A stretch of 64,000 nucleotides of DNA from Candidatus Bathycorpusculum sp. (GCA_009781395.1 WQYG01000001.1:3526-67525), one strand, 5' to 3'; shown: positions 47,715 to 58,559, numbered from the stretch's first letter. Notes: generated by a model not told the origin, from the sequence alone. Translations and numbers: made by a program.

Positions 47715-49928
47715 TTATTCTTTTTCAAAGTATTCTTCTGGTTTTGGTGGAACTGCTGGTAGTCCTTTGCGTTCGCGGATTTCTTTGATTATTTCTTCTT
47801 GTAGTTGTTCTGGAATTGGTGCCCAACGGCTGAATTGCGTTGCCCAGAATGCGCGTCCTTCGGTTGAGCTTCTAAGTTCGTCTGCGATACCAAAGCTTTC
47901 AGATACGGGCATTTCTGCTTTGACTGTTATCATGTCTTCTTCGGAGGGCATGTCTATGATTTTGCCGCGTCGTTTGTTTACAGTTGCTAGGACGCTGCTG
48001 ACGAAGTCTGAGGGGACTTTGCATTCAAAGCTTATGAGGGGTTCAAGTAGTTTGGGTTTGCTTAGTAGAATAACGCAGTATATGGGTCTCCAAGTCATGG
48101 GAATGGCTTGTGCTGGGCCTCTGTGGACGGGGTCTTCGTGTAGGGTGATGTCTTCTAGGTTGATTTTTAGGCCGTGTGCTGGTTCTCTTGTGAGGGGGGA
48201 GGTTTGTACTGCTTCGCGGAAGCCTGTTTTTATGTGGTCGATGATTTCTTCTACGTATTGTCGTCCACGGATGCGGTTGACTAGGATGTTGCATTCTTCA
48301 ATTGCGACTGCGCCTTTTGCTTCGTCGGGTGACCAGCCTAGACCTTTGAGGACTTTGGCTCTTTCGTCTTTGTTTTGTAAGTCAGTAATTTTTTCTAATT
48401 TTATTGCTTCTATGATTTCTTCATCGAGTTTTTCGATGGTTATCCAGAGTTTGTTGTGTTTGTTGGGGCTTTTACCCATAACTGATGGACCGGTGTAGTC
48501 GTGGTGGATGGTTTCTCTGTAGATGACAATGGGTTTGCTGAGTTTGACTTTGAGGCCTGCTTCTTGCATTCGGTAAGCTGTGATTTCAAGGTGAAGTTCA
48601 CCCATGCCTGAGAGGAGAAATTCGCCTGATTCTTTATTCATGACAAAGCGTATGCAGGGGTCTTCGGTTGTGAGTTTATGCATTACTTTGTCAAAGAGGG
48701 GCAGGTCTTTAACGTTTTCTGGTTCAACAGCTACAGTAACTACTGGGTCAGACACATAGGTTAAGCCTTCAAAGCTGTGAATTTCACAATTTGCCTCGCC
48801 TATGGTTTCGCCAATACGCATAGCAGGTAAACCTGAGACTGCGCCAATGTTGCCTGCGGGTACACAGTCAACAATAACACGATCAGTTGCCATGCTCATG
48901 AAAACTTGTTGAATGGTGCCTTTGCGTTGTGAACCAACTAGTTGTACTTCTTTACCTTTAGTGATGGCGCCACTGAAAATTCTGCCAATGGCAACAGTAC
49001 CGCTGTGTGGATCTACATCAATTGTTGAAATACACATAAGTAGAGGAGCCTTAGGATCAACTTTTGCCATGCCAACACCAACGGGTGAATCTGCATCGCC
49101 TGGCCAAATCTTTGTTTGACGATATGGCTGAGCGACTAGGGGGCTTGGCAAGTGTTTGCAAAACATGTTAAGAATTGGTTCGGGTAGAGGTGCTTTCTTG
49201 CTTAATGCACCTACTTTCTCGTTAACCTCATCAGGATCACCAGTATATGCGTCGATGATGTCTTGGAAGCTAATTTGTTTTTGTCTCATATAATCAAGGC
49301 TTAAGCCCCACTTGTGAAGGGCTGAACCAAAAGCAACAGTATCTTCAATTTTAATTTTCCAAGTTTCTTTATATTCTGGTGGAGCGTGTTTCTCAATTAG
49401 ATTGTTAATTTTTGTAAGAACCTTTGCAAATTTTTTCTGAATTTCTTGTGGAGATAACTTTATTTCTTTGATTAATCGGTCAACTTTATTGATAAATAAA
49501 AGTGGTTTAACTCTTTCTTTTAGTGCTTGCATGAGGACGGTTTCTGTTTGAGTCATTGGGCCTTCTACAGCATCAACAACTACAAGTGCACCATCAACAG
49601 CTCTTAAACTTCGGGTAACTGCGCTTGAAAAGTCAATGTGCCCTGGAGTATCTATAAGGTTAATCAAATGTTCTGTATTCTCATATGTGTGAACCAAACT
49701 GACGTTTGAAGCAAATATCGTAACGCCTCGTTGTTTCTCAAGAATGTAACTATCAAGGAACCGTTTTTGGCCAGCAGCATCTGCACTGATAATGCCTGCA
49801 TGTGCCAAAAGACTATCCGACAAAGTTGTTTTACCATGATCAACATGAGCAATAATGCTGGTATTACGGATGATTTTTGGGTTCTCCATCAACTTAGTAA
49901 TTTCATCATTTTGTCTAAAACGTGCCAT
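47715..49928 (-). CDS. fusA: Elongation factor 2 (aEF-2 or its paralogue)
   Basis: AHVDHGKTT, RGVTI, DTPGH, NKVD, GMGELHLE, HEDPVHRGPAQ (diphthamide His present). Confidence 0.93.
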   Translation of the reverse strand: MARFRQNDEITKLMENPKIIRNTSIIAHVDHGKTTLSDSLLAHAGIISADAAGQKRFLDSYILEKQRGVTIFASNVSLVHTYENTEHLINLIDTPGHIDFSSAVTRSLRAVDGALVVVDAVEGPMTQTETVLMQALKERVKPLLFINKVDRLIKEIKLSPQEIQKKFAKVLTKINNLIEKHAPPEYKETWKIKIEDTVAFGSALHKWGLSLDYMRQKQISFQDIIDAYTGDPDEVNEKVGALSKKAPLPEPILNMFCKHLPSPLVAQPYRQTKIWPGDADSPVGVGMAKVDPKAPLLMCISTIDVDPHSGTVAIGRIFSGAITKGKEVQLVGSQRKGTIQQVFMSMATDRVIVDCVPAGNIGAVSGLPAMRIGETIGEANCEIHSFEGLTYVSDPVVTVAVEPENVKDLPLFDKVMHKLTTEDPCIRFVMNKESGEFLLSGMGELHLEITAYRMQEAGLKVKLSKPIVIYRETIHHDYTGPSVMGKSPNKHNKLWITIEKLDEEIIEAIKLEKITDLQNKDERAKVLKGLGWSPDEAKGAVAIEECNILVNRIRGRQYVEEIIDHIKTGFREAVQTSPLTREPAHGLKINLEDITLHEDPVHRGPAQAIPMTWRPIYCVILLSKPKLLEPLISFECKVPSDFVSSVLATVNKRRGKIIDMPSEEDMITVKAEMPVSESFGIADELRSSTEGRAFWATQFSRWAPIPEQLQEEIIKEIRERKGLPAVPPKPEEYFEKE

Positions 49929-50274
49929 CTTATTCATTCTCCACTTTAGCATTTATAATATCATTGTTAGTTTTATTTGAATACACCATATTTATAAACA
50001 TTTTACGCATATGGAAATCTCTCAATAATAGAGTAAACAACATGGACATTGAATTTGTAGCCTATTAACTTTATGGCAATAAACTATAAACCTCAGCGAA
50101 AAACACGCATAATCAAAAAACAAACCAAATCACGATAAGTCTAACCTAAACCTTCCACCAACTTCAACCAACTTGTGAACCTTTTTGGTTTTAGATGTAT
50201 GTTGTTCTTACAGGTTTAAGTAGCATTTAAAAGATTAAATGTAACATAGTTTATTTACTAAAGGAAGCTTGTTT

Positions 50275-51549
50275 ATGCCTACTTTCCAGACTGTTCGTGG
50301 AATGCGAGATTTACTTGACAAAGAAGCCCAAACCTTCACTTATACCATGTCTAATGCTCAAAAGGTTGCTTTGCTTTTTGGGTTTAAAAAAGTGTTTACC
50401 CCTCATGTTGAATCTTTAGAATTGTTAAGTGCAAAATCAGGCGATGAAATACGTCAGAGAATGTTTATATTTGAGGATTTAGGCGGACGAAAAGTTGCTT
50501 TGCGTCCAGAGTTTACTGCCTCCATTGCACGTTTATCCACATCAACCCTAAAAAATGAGCCTAAACCATTAAAACTATTCTCAGTAGGCACTGTTTATAG
50601 GTACGATGAACCTCAACGTGGCAGATACCGAGAATTTTGGCAATCAAACTTTGAATTAATAGGCTCAAACAAGCCTGAAGCCGACACAGAAATCATACTA
50701 CTCACAAATCAGCTCATGCAAACCCTTCAACTACAAGATTACGTTTTCAAAATTGGACACATAGGCATCATTCGAGGCATCCTAAGTCAAGATGGGGTAG
50801 ATGAAAAAACTCAAAATGCCATATTACAACGTATGGACAAAAAAGAGTATGAATTAGCCCTCAAACTTGTTGATTCAGAAAAATGTCGCCATACACTGCA
50901 AAGTTTAATTGACCTTAAAGGTGATAACTGGCGTGGTATTATTGATCAAATTAAGGTTTTAGTAGCTGATTATGAGCAAGCGAAGGTTGCAACAGAGAAC
51001 CTCTTAGAAATACTCTTGTTAGTTACATCAAGCACAGAGATTTCTTTAACTGTTGAACCTGCTTTTGCTAGGGGACTTGAATATTATACTGGACTTATTT
51101 TTGAGGTCTATATCCCACAGCTTGAAATTGCTCTTGGAGGGGGAGGTAGATATGATCGTTTAATTGAAGCCTTTGGAGGGGAAGCTACCCCAGCAGTTGG
51201 TTGTGCTCATGGAATTGACCGCATAGCAATTGCTCTGCAAACTCAAAACGCAAACTATTCCATGTCTTTGGGGCGAAAAGTTGTGGTAATTCCCATTACC
51301 GATTCAGTAAAAGTTGATGCGTTAAAGATTGCCCAGTTGTTGCGGGTGCAGGGGGTTTCTGCAGAGTTTGAGCTTATGGGTCGTAAAATGGGTAAAGCTT
51401 TAGAGGATGCAGATAAGCGTGGTCTGGATTACGCGGTTATTGTTGGTGAACGTGAGCTTAAAGAGGAAACTGTGGTTATTAAAGATCTTAAAAAGCGTGA
51501 ACAAGTAACTGTGCCTCTATCAGAGTTATTTGAAAAGATCAAAAACTAA
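50275..51549 (+). CDS. hisS: Histidine--tRNA ligase
   Basis: RGMRD, LRPEFT, RYDEPQRGRYREF, RGLEYY, GGGRYD. Confidence 0.95.
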   Translation: MPTFQTVRGMRDLLDKEAQTFTYTMSNAQKVALLFGFKKVFTPHVESLELLSAKSGDEIRQRMFIFEDLGGRKVALRPEFTASIARLSTSTLKNEPKPLKLFSVGTVYRYDEPQRGRYREFWQSNFELIGSNKPEADTEIILLTNQLMQTLQLQDYVFKIGHIGIIRGILSQDGVDEKTQNAILQRMDKKEYELALKLVDSEKCRHTLQSLIDLKGDNWRGIIDQIKVLVADYEQAKVATENLLEILLLVTSSTEISLTVEPAFARGLEYYTGLIFEVYIPQLEIALGGGGRYDRLIEAFGGEATPAVGCAHGIDRIAIALQTQNANYSMSLGRKVVVIPITDSVKVDALKIAQLLRVQGVSAEFELMGRKMGKALEDADKRGLDYAVIVGERELKEETVVIKDLKKREQVTVPLSELFEKIKN

Positions 51550-51599
51550 AAATATAATAAGGGTAGCATAAGCCAAAAGCTTATTTTTATTTGTTGCTT

Positions 51600-52967
51600 T
51601 TAGAGTCGTTTGATGTAGCGGTTTACTTCCCATTCGGTTACTTGTAGGCGGTAGGCGTCCCATTCGCGGCGTTTTTCTTTTAAAAAGTTTTCAAAGGCTG
51701 TTTCGCCTAGGGTTTCTTTCATAAGCTCGCTTGTTGCAAGTTCGTCTAGGGCTTCTTTTAGGGATTCTGGCAGGGAGACTATGCCGCGTTCTTTGCGTTC
51801 TTCATAGCTCATGTGGTAAACGTTTAGTTCCACGGGTTCTCCTGGGTCGGTTTTGTTTTTAATACCGTCAAGACCTGTGGCTAGTAGTACTGCAAATTGT
51901 AAGTATGGGTTGCCTGCGCCGTCTGGACAGCGGATTTCACATCTTGCAGCGCTTTTTCTGCCGCCAAAGTTTGGTACACGGATAAGTGGGCTGCGGTTTT
52001 TGTGTGCCCATGCAATATAGACAGGGGCTTCATATCCGGGAACTAGGCGTTTGAAGCTATTTGGCCAACTGTTAAGTATGGCACACATTTTGCGTCCGTG
52101 TGCGAGCTGTCCGCCGATAAAGTTGCGTGCAATCTCTGAGAGGTAGCCTTGTTTTTCGTCTTTTTCGGAGAAGAACATGTTTATTGTGCCATCGAGGTTC
52201 CATAGGCTTTGGTGGATGTGCATGCCACTGCCGTTTATGCCTTGGAAGGGTTTTGGCATGTATGTTGTTAGGTATCCGGCTCTTGCGGCGACGACTTTTC
52301 CACACATTTTTAGGGTGATAGCTCGGTCGGCTGTTTCTAGGGCTTCGCCGTATTTGAAGTCAATTTCGTTTTGACCTAGGGCGCTTTCGTGGTGGCTGAT
52401 TTCGATGTCTATACCAAAGGCTTCGGCGGTGTCGGCTATTTCACGTCTTAAATCATCAGTTAAGTCGCCTGGATGGAAATCAAAGTACCCCGATAAGTCT
52501 ATGGGAGTGGGTAAACCGCCGTTTTCAGATTCTTTTACTATAAAAAATTCAAGCTCAGGTGCACACATGAATTTATAACCCCCTTGACAGGCTTTTTCGA
52601 TTGTTTTTTCAAGGATGTAGCGGGGGTCAGCATCGTAGCGTTTGTTTTGTGGAGTATAGATGTCGCAGAGAAGTCTACAAGAAGATTTTTCTTTGGGCCT
52701 CCAAGGCAAGATTGCAAAAGTTGTTGGATCAGGATATAAAACCATATCAGATTCTTCAACAGGTCCATAGCCTGTAATTGAAGAACCATCAAATGACTGC
52801 CCATTCTCAAAAATACTTTCAATATTTTTTGAACTCACCGCAAGATTCTTTAACATACCATTAATGTCAGTAAACTGCAACCTAACAAATTTTATGTCAT
52901 TTTCACGGATAGTTTTTACAACATTAGTTACATTTTCTTTCCAAACAACATCATTGAAATTTTTCAT
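51600..52967 (-). CDS. glnA: Glutamine synthetase type I
   Basis: FDGSS, HHE, PKPFQGINGSGMHIHQS, RLVPGYEAP, NRSPLIR, NPYL. Confidence 0.95.
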   Translation of the reverse strand: MKNFNDVVWKENVTNVVKTIRENDIKFVRLQFTDINGMLKNLAVSSKNIESIFENGQSFDGSSITGYGPVEESDMVLYPDPTTFAILPWRPKEKSSCRLLCDIYTPQNKRYDADPRYILEKTIEKACQGGYKFMCAPELEFFIVKESENGGLPTPIDLSGYFDFHPGDLTDDLRREIADTAEAFGIDIEISHHESALGQNEIDFKYGEALETADRAITLKMCGKVVAARAGYLTTYMPKPFQGINGSGMHIHQSLWNLDGTINMFFSEKDEKQGYLSEIARNFIGGQLAHGRKMCAILNSWPNSFKRLVPGYEAPVYIAWAHKNRSPLIRVPNFGGRKSAARCEIRCPDGAGNPYLQFAVLLATGLDGIKNKTDPGEPVELNVYHMSYEERKERGIVSLPESLKEALDELATSELMKETLGETAFENFLKEKRREWDAYRLQVTEWEVNRYIKRL

Positions 52968-53068
52968 TTAATTGCCTTCTACTCTGCTTGTAAATTTTAT
53001 CTTCTTCTATTTTTATGTGTTATGGCTACAGTTTTAAGGTAAACTGTTAGAGGAAGGTTAATAGTGTG

Positions 53069-53572
53069 TTATGTTTTGCGTTCTCGGCGTAGAAAGTCGC
53101 CTATATCTAATACGTTTGCTACAGCGGGCATATTTTTGTCAGTTTGGGGTTGTTGTTGTGTTAATTCAGTTAAAACTCTGCCAAATCCAAGGCATTCTCC
53201 AAATTCGTTAAATATTAAAACGTGACAGTTTCGTTGAATTCTGCCATAGGTTTGTACTATGCCTTTCTTAAAAATGTCGCGTCCACAGATAAATAACCAT
53301 CCTGCTTTTTGGTCAACTATTATTTTGTTAGCTTTCTGAGTTGCAATTATTGAGAGTAAATTAAAGCTTGGGAAAAACTTGTTTGCTCGAATTTTACCTA
53401 AAAAGATTCCTGCATAAAAAAAGTCGCCTTTAACCAGTAGCGGTTTAATTTGGTTGTTTAGCAAGAAAATGCGTCCATCCCGTTCAACTAGGAGGTTTTC
53501 GTTAAAGGTGAGTTTTACGCCAAATTGCAATGCAAAATCTACAACTGCTTTAATTTTCATGTTGAGGGGCAC
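53069..53572 (-). CDS. nip7: Nip7-like PUA-domain ribosome biogenesis protein
   Basis: AGIFLG, FFPS, FICGRDI, GECLGFG, DIGDFLRRE; coupled to an m5C methyltransferase gene. Confidence 0.8.
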   Translation of the reverse strand: MPLNMKIKAVVDFALQFGVKLTFNENLLVERDGRIFLLNNQIKPLLVKGDFFYAGIFLGKIRANKFFPSFNLLSIIATQKANKIIVDQKAGWLFICGRDIFKKGIVQTYGRIQRNCHVLIFNEFGECLGFGRVLTELTQQQPQTDKNMPAVANVLDIGDFLRRERKT

Positions 53573-54447
53573 CTCACAAGTTTACATACAAAGAAGCCCT
53601 GTGTTTGGTCAGGCCAGAACCTGCGGCAATGTACAATTGAGGGGTCTAATTGTTTTCCAAAAACGTTAGTTAACCCCAAAGTGCCCGGACAGTTAATTTC
53701 AGCTATCTGCAGATTTAATCGATGTATGGCCCAGTCTATGTTTAACTCGTTTTCTTCAGGTTCTAAAGAGCAAGTTGAGTAAACAATTTCTCCGTTCTCT
53801 GTTAGGCATTCGGCGGCTTTCATCAATATTTCTCGTTGCACCCTAGCGTTACGTTCAACATCTGTTAGGGTGCGATTTTGAAACCATCTAGGATCCGAAG
53901 CAAAATTTCCACTACAGGGGGCATCAACAAGGATACGATCAAATTTTAAACCCATTTTTGGACTGTTGCGTGCGTCAAGTTGATAAACAATAGTGTTTCT
54001 AACATGGCATCGTTCTAAATGGTTAGACAGCGCCGTTAACCGTTGTTTACTTATATCTAACGCAACTATACTGCCCGTGTTATCCATATCATTTGCCAAC
54101 TGGACTGTTTTTCCACCCGGCGCAGCTGAAGCATCAAGCACCCGCTTACCTTTAAGATTGGAAAATAAGGTTACAGGAACCTGCGCGGCGGCCTCTTGAA
54201 TAGAATACAACCCAAGCAAATACTCCGCGGTAGCACCCGCTGAAACCTTGGAATTACAAACCCAGTAACCTTGAGGCAAAAAACTAATCTTTTCCAAAGT
54301 TAAACCCAAACTCAAAAGACGCAAAACCAAAGCTTGCTGATTTCCATTATTAATAGTATGATTGAAACGTATGGCTTGTCGTAACTCTACGGGGCGATAC
54401 TTCCAACCTAACTGCTCGTAACGGCTCACAAAAAACTCTTTTCCCGA
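53557..54447 (-). CDS. RsmB/NOP2-family RNA m5C methyltransferase
   Basis: VLDASAAPGGKT, ILVDAPCSG, VYSTCS. Confidence 0.92.
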   Translation of the reverse strand, partial: SGKEFFVSRYEQLGWKYRPVELRQAIRFNHTINNGNQQALVLRLLSLGLTLEKISFLPQGYWVCNSKVSAGATAEYLLGLYSIQEAAAQVPVTLFSNLKGKRVLDASAAPGGKTVQLANDMDNTGSIVALDISKQRLTALSNHLERCHVRNTIVYQLDARNSPKMGLKFDRILVDAPCSGNFASDPRWFQNRTLTDVERNARVQREILMKAAECLTENGEIVYSTCSLEPEENELNIDWAIHRLNLQIAEINCPGTLGLTNVFGKQLDPSIVHCRRFWPDQTQGFFVCKLVRCPST

Positions 54448-54562
54448 CATCACCTTAAAAAGAAAAAACGAAAAATAAAAACCTTCCACAAAAAATAATC
54501 AAGCCGTCTAATGCCGTAAATCCTAAAAAGCACCGTGCATGATATAATAGGAGGAAGTTTTC

Positions 54563-55033
54563 TTGAAACGCATAGAAGCTCGTATTAAAACAATGTTTGG
54601 CGAAATTGTCATAAAAAGCGATAGCCCCCAAGAACTCTTAAATATGCTGGAAACTGTCCCAGAAAATTTTGTAGAAAAAATATCTGATTTTGTTTCAGAT
54701 CGTCTAACACTTTCAGGGGCACAACTAAAAGGTATTGTTGAATCAACCACCGAAGGTCCAGTTATTGTAACTCGAGAAAACTTAACACACTATGAAGCCG
54801 TAGGCCTAATTCTCTACGCGTCCGAAGAACATAAAAACACAGCGGCTCAAGTACAAAAACTGTTAGAATCCAGCAACATCAAAAGCATGGTTCCCGCACG
54901 CCTAAACGAAATGACCAAACGAGGACAAGTCTTCAAACCCGACCCAAACAAACCCGAATTTAAACTAACCATACAAGGCGAAAAATGGATTGAAGACGAA
55001 GTGTTAAAGACTCTTAAAGAAAAAACAGGTTAA
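54563..55033 (+). CDS. Conserved hypothetical protein with a probable C-terminal winged helix
   Basis: 156-aa ORF with protein-like composition; helix-helix-helix-strand-strand pattern at the C-terminus. Confidence 0.6.
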   Translation: MKRIEARIKTMFGEIVIKSDSPQELLNMLETVPENFVEKISDFVSDRLTLSGAQLKGIVESTTEGPVIVTRENLTHYEAVGLILYASEEHKNTAAQVQKLLESSNIKSMVPARLNEMTKRGQVFKPDPNKPEFKLTIQGEKWIEDEVLKTLKEKTG

Positions 55034-55157
55034 AAACAAAAAATATTTATAAAAAAATAAAAAGCTAGACTATGCAAAAACGAGTTTTAAAGTACATTAA
55101 CACATAAAAATTCAACAAACAACAACTATAAATACAACATAAAGCAAACAATCATTA

Positions 55158-55610
55158 TTGATGTTGAATATTATGCGTTACAAAGAAGGATTTAACAAAT
55201 TTTTGTTTTGTTTGGTGTTGTTATTATGTTTAGTGATGTTTATGGGTTGTTTTGTTGGTTTAGTAAATGCTCAGACATTTGGTTCAACTATTACTATTAT
55301 GCCGGATGGTAGTGTTGGGCGAACTGATCTGATTCAGCGGAACGGAGATGTTTATACTTTAAAAGGAGATATTTTTGGCACAATATCGGTTAAAAAAGAT
55401 GGCATTACAATTGATGGTGCCGGATATGCAATTAAAGGAACGGGAAACGGAATAGATTTACGAAAGAATTCTATGGCCATTCCGCCTGCGCATAGTAATG
55501 TTGTGGTGAAGAATGTTCGTTTTTGTGATAATAGTCTCATTTTTACTTCTGCGTGTAGTAACAGTTTCATCAACTACACGTCGATTGAATCGGTATTACT
55601 GAAGAATTAA
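55158..55610 (+). pseudogene. Truncated secreted beta-helix (NosD-like) protein
   Basis: Signal peptide; ITIMPDGSV...GDVYTL...ITIDGAGY; ends after about 150 aa with no TM anchor, just before a repeated hairpin. Confidence 0.6.
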
Positions 55611-55615
55611 ACACT

Positions 55616-55720
55616 AATTTTGTGGGTTTTTGGTGTGGTGTGTCCTTTTGTGGGGACAAAGACCACGCCAGCTTTGGTTATTTTTAGTTGGACGTGTTTG
55701 TTTGTGGGGTGCGGGTGTGA
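55616..55720 (+). repeat. About 105-bp repeat copy A containing a conserved hairpin
   Basis: Shares TTTTGGTGTGGTGTGTC, CAAAGACCACG and TTATTTTTAGTTG with 58895-59000. Confidence 0.75.
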
Positions 55721-55941
55721 TGTCAAGATTATTTACTCAATGATGACATCCATGGTGGCATGATGTGGTCATGTCACGGCATTAATCGGGTTGAAAGAGT
55801 TTTTATTTGTTTTCTTTGTTAGATGGGTTGTTGTGGGTGGGATTTGAATTGTTTGGTAAAGCTGTTTAAGTTGTCTTGTAGTAACAATGGGTGTGCTCCA
55901 AAAATAGGAGAGGTTGGTTTCTGAGAAATCAACAAACCCAT

Positions 55942-56868
55942 TTAAACTATGGCAGAATTAACTATTTTTGTTGTAGACTGTTTTTGTTTTTGCTTTTTTA
56001 AACGATAAAAAAACAAACCAACAACAACAGCAATAGCAACCGCTCCTGCGATAGGTAAAAGATAAGACTGCTCACCACCAGTCATAGGTTCGACAAACAC
56101 GTCTTCTTCCTCGACAAATACGTCATGACCTTCACCACTTAACGCTGTATTCAAAGAAAACTCTACAGATTTACCCATTTCAAAAGCAACCGTACTATAC
56201 ACACCCCCACCCTTATTAACAGCAGTATTATCCAAAATACGACTACCCCCGGAATTCACGGATAAGTCACCCTTATTGTAAACTCCACCCCCATTCTCCA
56301 TAGCAGCATTATTGGAAATTATTCCATCCCAGCCACCAACACCTCCATACATATAGAAAATGCCCTCATTGTACACTCCACCACCATAATCAGCAGCATT
56401 ACCAGAAATCACTCCTCCATAAAAGTCAAATTCGCCACCACGCTCAACATACACCCCACGACCAGTAGCACCCTTTGCATGTGTCACAACAATACCTCCA
56501 TAAAGCTTCAAATACCCACCCGACCTTACAATAATAGTGTCCATACCATCAGCTCCAACCAGAGAAACACCACCATCCTCATACGATACCAAGACAATTC
56601 CTTTGCCATCAGAGATTTCAAGAGGATTTTTCAAAAAAATGCTCTCCATAACATAAATTATGCACCCATCACTACCTGAAGTGTCAATAGCCTTTCTAAG
56701 GGCTGTCTCAGTTTTAACCTGAACATCTACATCCAACCATACACCACTAACTTCGGAAGTAAAAGGTGAAGAAAATAATGTTATTATGAAGAGTAAAGAA
56801 ATGAAGGTTAAAGTTTTTTTACTGAGAAATTGCTGCTGATTAAATTTAGGTTTAACAAACACGGCCAT
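55942..56868 (-). CDS. Secreted beta-helix adhesin-like protein with GGGVYN repeats and a TM anchor
   Basis: GGGVYN twice, GGGVYS; C-terminal TM helix plus RLKKQKQK; paralogue of 28992-30281. Confidence 0.78.
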   Translation of the reverse strand: MAVFVKPKFNQQQFLSKKTLTFISLLFIITLFSSPFTSEVSGVWLDVDVQVKTETALRKAIDTSGSDGCIIYVMESIFLKNPLEISDGKGIVLVSYEDGGVSLVGADGMDTIIVRSGGYLKLYGGIVVTHAKGATGRGVYVERGGEFDFYGGVISGNAADYGGGVYNEGIFYMYGGVGGWDGIISNNAAMENGGGVYNKGDLSVNSGGSRILDNTAVNKGGGVYSTVAFEMGKSVEFSLNTALSGEGHDVFVEEEDVFVEPMTGGEQSYLLPIAGAVAIAVVVGLFFYRLKKQKQKQSTTKIVNSAIV

Positions 56869-57173
56869 ACAAATACGTCCTCTTTAATTTGATAAATGTA
56901 TTATTGTTGTTATTATTTTTTTTGCCATATTTCTCATGAAAACATTTTTTATTTTCGTGGTTCTTCCAGCATCGGCGCAGCCGATGGTGTGGTCTTCCAT
57001 GAAAACATTTGTTGGGTTTCATAGTTTGTCTATCATCGGCTCGCCGATGGCGTATTTTTCTATGTTTACTAATTTTTGGTTGATAAAGAAAAAGAGGGTT
57101 GTGTTGTGTAGTATTGCTGTGTTCTATTTGAAGATCATTTGTCATTATTGTTGCTGCGGGTTGTTTTTCAGTG

Positions 57174-58559
57174 TTAGAATACGCGAATTGCATCAAAATA
57201 TACATCTCCTACGGCGTTCCAGTCGTTAACGACAACTATGGTGATATATTTAAAATTGGACACATAGCCCAAAACGAGGTCATCTGCGCCAGATTGGTTC
57301 TGAGGGTGGGTACAATAGTTTGTGTCTGCAATTGTTGTCCAGTTGATTTTGTCGTTAGATACTTTGACTATTAAATGGGTTCCAGTTGTTGCTGTGTATC
57401 CATACATTTTAATAGTGCCACTTAATGAAGTGCCAGGATTGTTTATGTTATGCATGTTCGCATATATTACTGCATAGTCATAATAGAGTGGACTGTACCA
57501 GTAGCCCGAATGCAAATAAACGTACTTTTTGTCAACCAAAGCGCCCGTTATGCTCTTAGAATCGACGACACTTCCGTATCTTATGAATTCAGAAGTTGCG
57601 CTTAGAGCGTAGCCTTTTACATCATATCGAACTCGATTTATCCAAAGGTTGGTATCGCATGTAGAGCAATAGTGTGTAGCGTGACCTTTACAAGAAAAAC
57701 ACATGATGCAACATGAAGATGATGATGGATTATGTGCTTGGTCGTTACAACCGAACAGGTGTGATAGTTCATGCTGGACAAGATTAATAATGGGTCCATA
57801 TTGGATGGCGTATCCTACACGTATTACCGCACCACTACCATGACCGTCTCCTTTACCGTCATAGTCCCAGCCATATCCAACACCAGGGTTGCCACCACTT
57901 TCAAGTTGATTTGTCAATAGTATTACTATGTCACAACCTGAATTTTTTACAAAATTTTCGTTCAATAAGGCGCTTAACAAAGATGAGTACTTTGTTAGGT
58001 GATTGGGTGAATTCCATGTGTCATTATAGGCATGCATGTTAAACGTAATGTCGTAATTGTCATCCAAATTGGCTGAGCCATCGGCTAGAACTAACGTAGC
58101 CCAATTGTACAGGTTGGATGCAGGCATATTCATAGGGTTCAGTTTGCTCCAGAAGTCTCGGGCTTCTTCATCAATAACCACCATTACTTTTACGTTTGCT
58201 TTTGCGCGTGAGCTTTGTCTGCCTTCGTTTTCCTCTTCTTGAGGGGAGGGCTGTTTAGGTGTAACGTATTCTGGGATGTGTGCAAATCTGGCTATGTCTT
58301 CTAAGGTAAAATTTTCTGCTCCAGGTAGGGGTGGTGGCGGGGGACAACTACGTCCTTCACCGTATGCATTGCATCCGAAATGGTTGTCATTGTGGGTGTG
58401 TTCTTCAGTGCAGTATTCGTCTAAGCAGTTTTCGTTGTTGTTTTGTAGCGGGTTTTCGGCTATGGCGGTTTGGATTGGTTGCATTATGCCTGTGCCTAAT
58501 AAAACTAAAACAGCACAGACCGTCATGCTGAGTATTAATTTCTTTTTAAACACGTTCAT
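57174..58559 (-). CDS. Secreted metzincin-type (reprolysin-like) zinc protease
   Basis: Signal peptide, Cys/His-rich pro-region, KVMVVIDEE, HELSHLFGCND, CCIM Met-turn; C-terminal VSNDKINW. Confidence 0.72.
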   Translation of the reverse strand: MNVFKKKLILSMTVCAVLVLLGTGIMQPIQTAIAENPLQNNNENCLDEYCTEEHTHNDNHFGCNAYGEGRSCPPPPPLPGAENFTLEDIARFAHIPEYVTPKQPSPQEEENEGRQSSRAKANVKVMVVIDEEARDFWSKLNPMNMPASNLYNWATLVLADGSANLDDNYDITFNMHAYNDTWNSPNHLTKYSSLLSALLNENFVKNSGCDIVILLTNQLESGGNPGVGYGWDYDGKGDGHGSGAVIRVGYAIQYGPIINLVQHELSHLFGCNDQAHNPSSSSCCIMCFSCKGHATHYCSTCDTNLWINRVRYDVKGYALSATSEFIRYGSVVDSKSITGALVDKKYVYLHSGYWYSPLYYDYAVIYANMHNINNPGTSLSGTIKMYGYTATTGTHLIVKVSNDKINWTTIADTNYCTHPQNQSGADDLVLGYVSNFKYITIVVVNDWNAVGDVYFDAIRVF

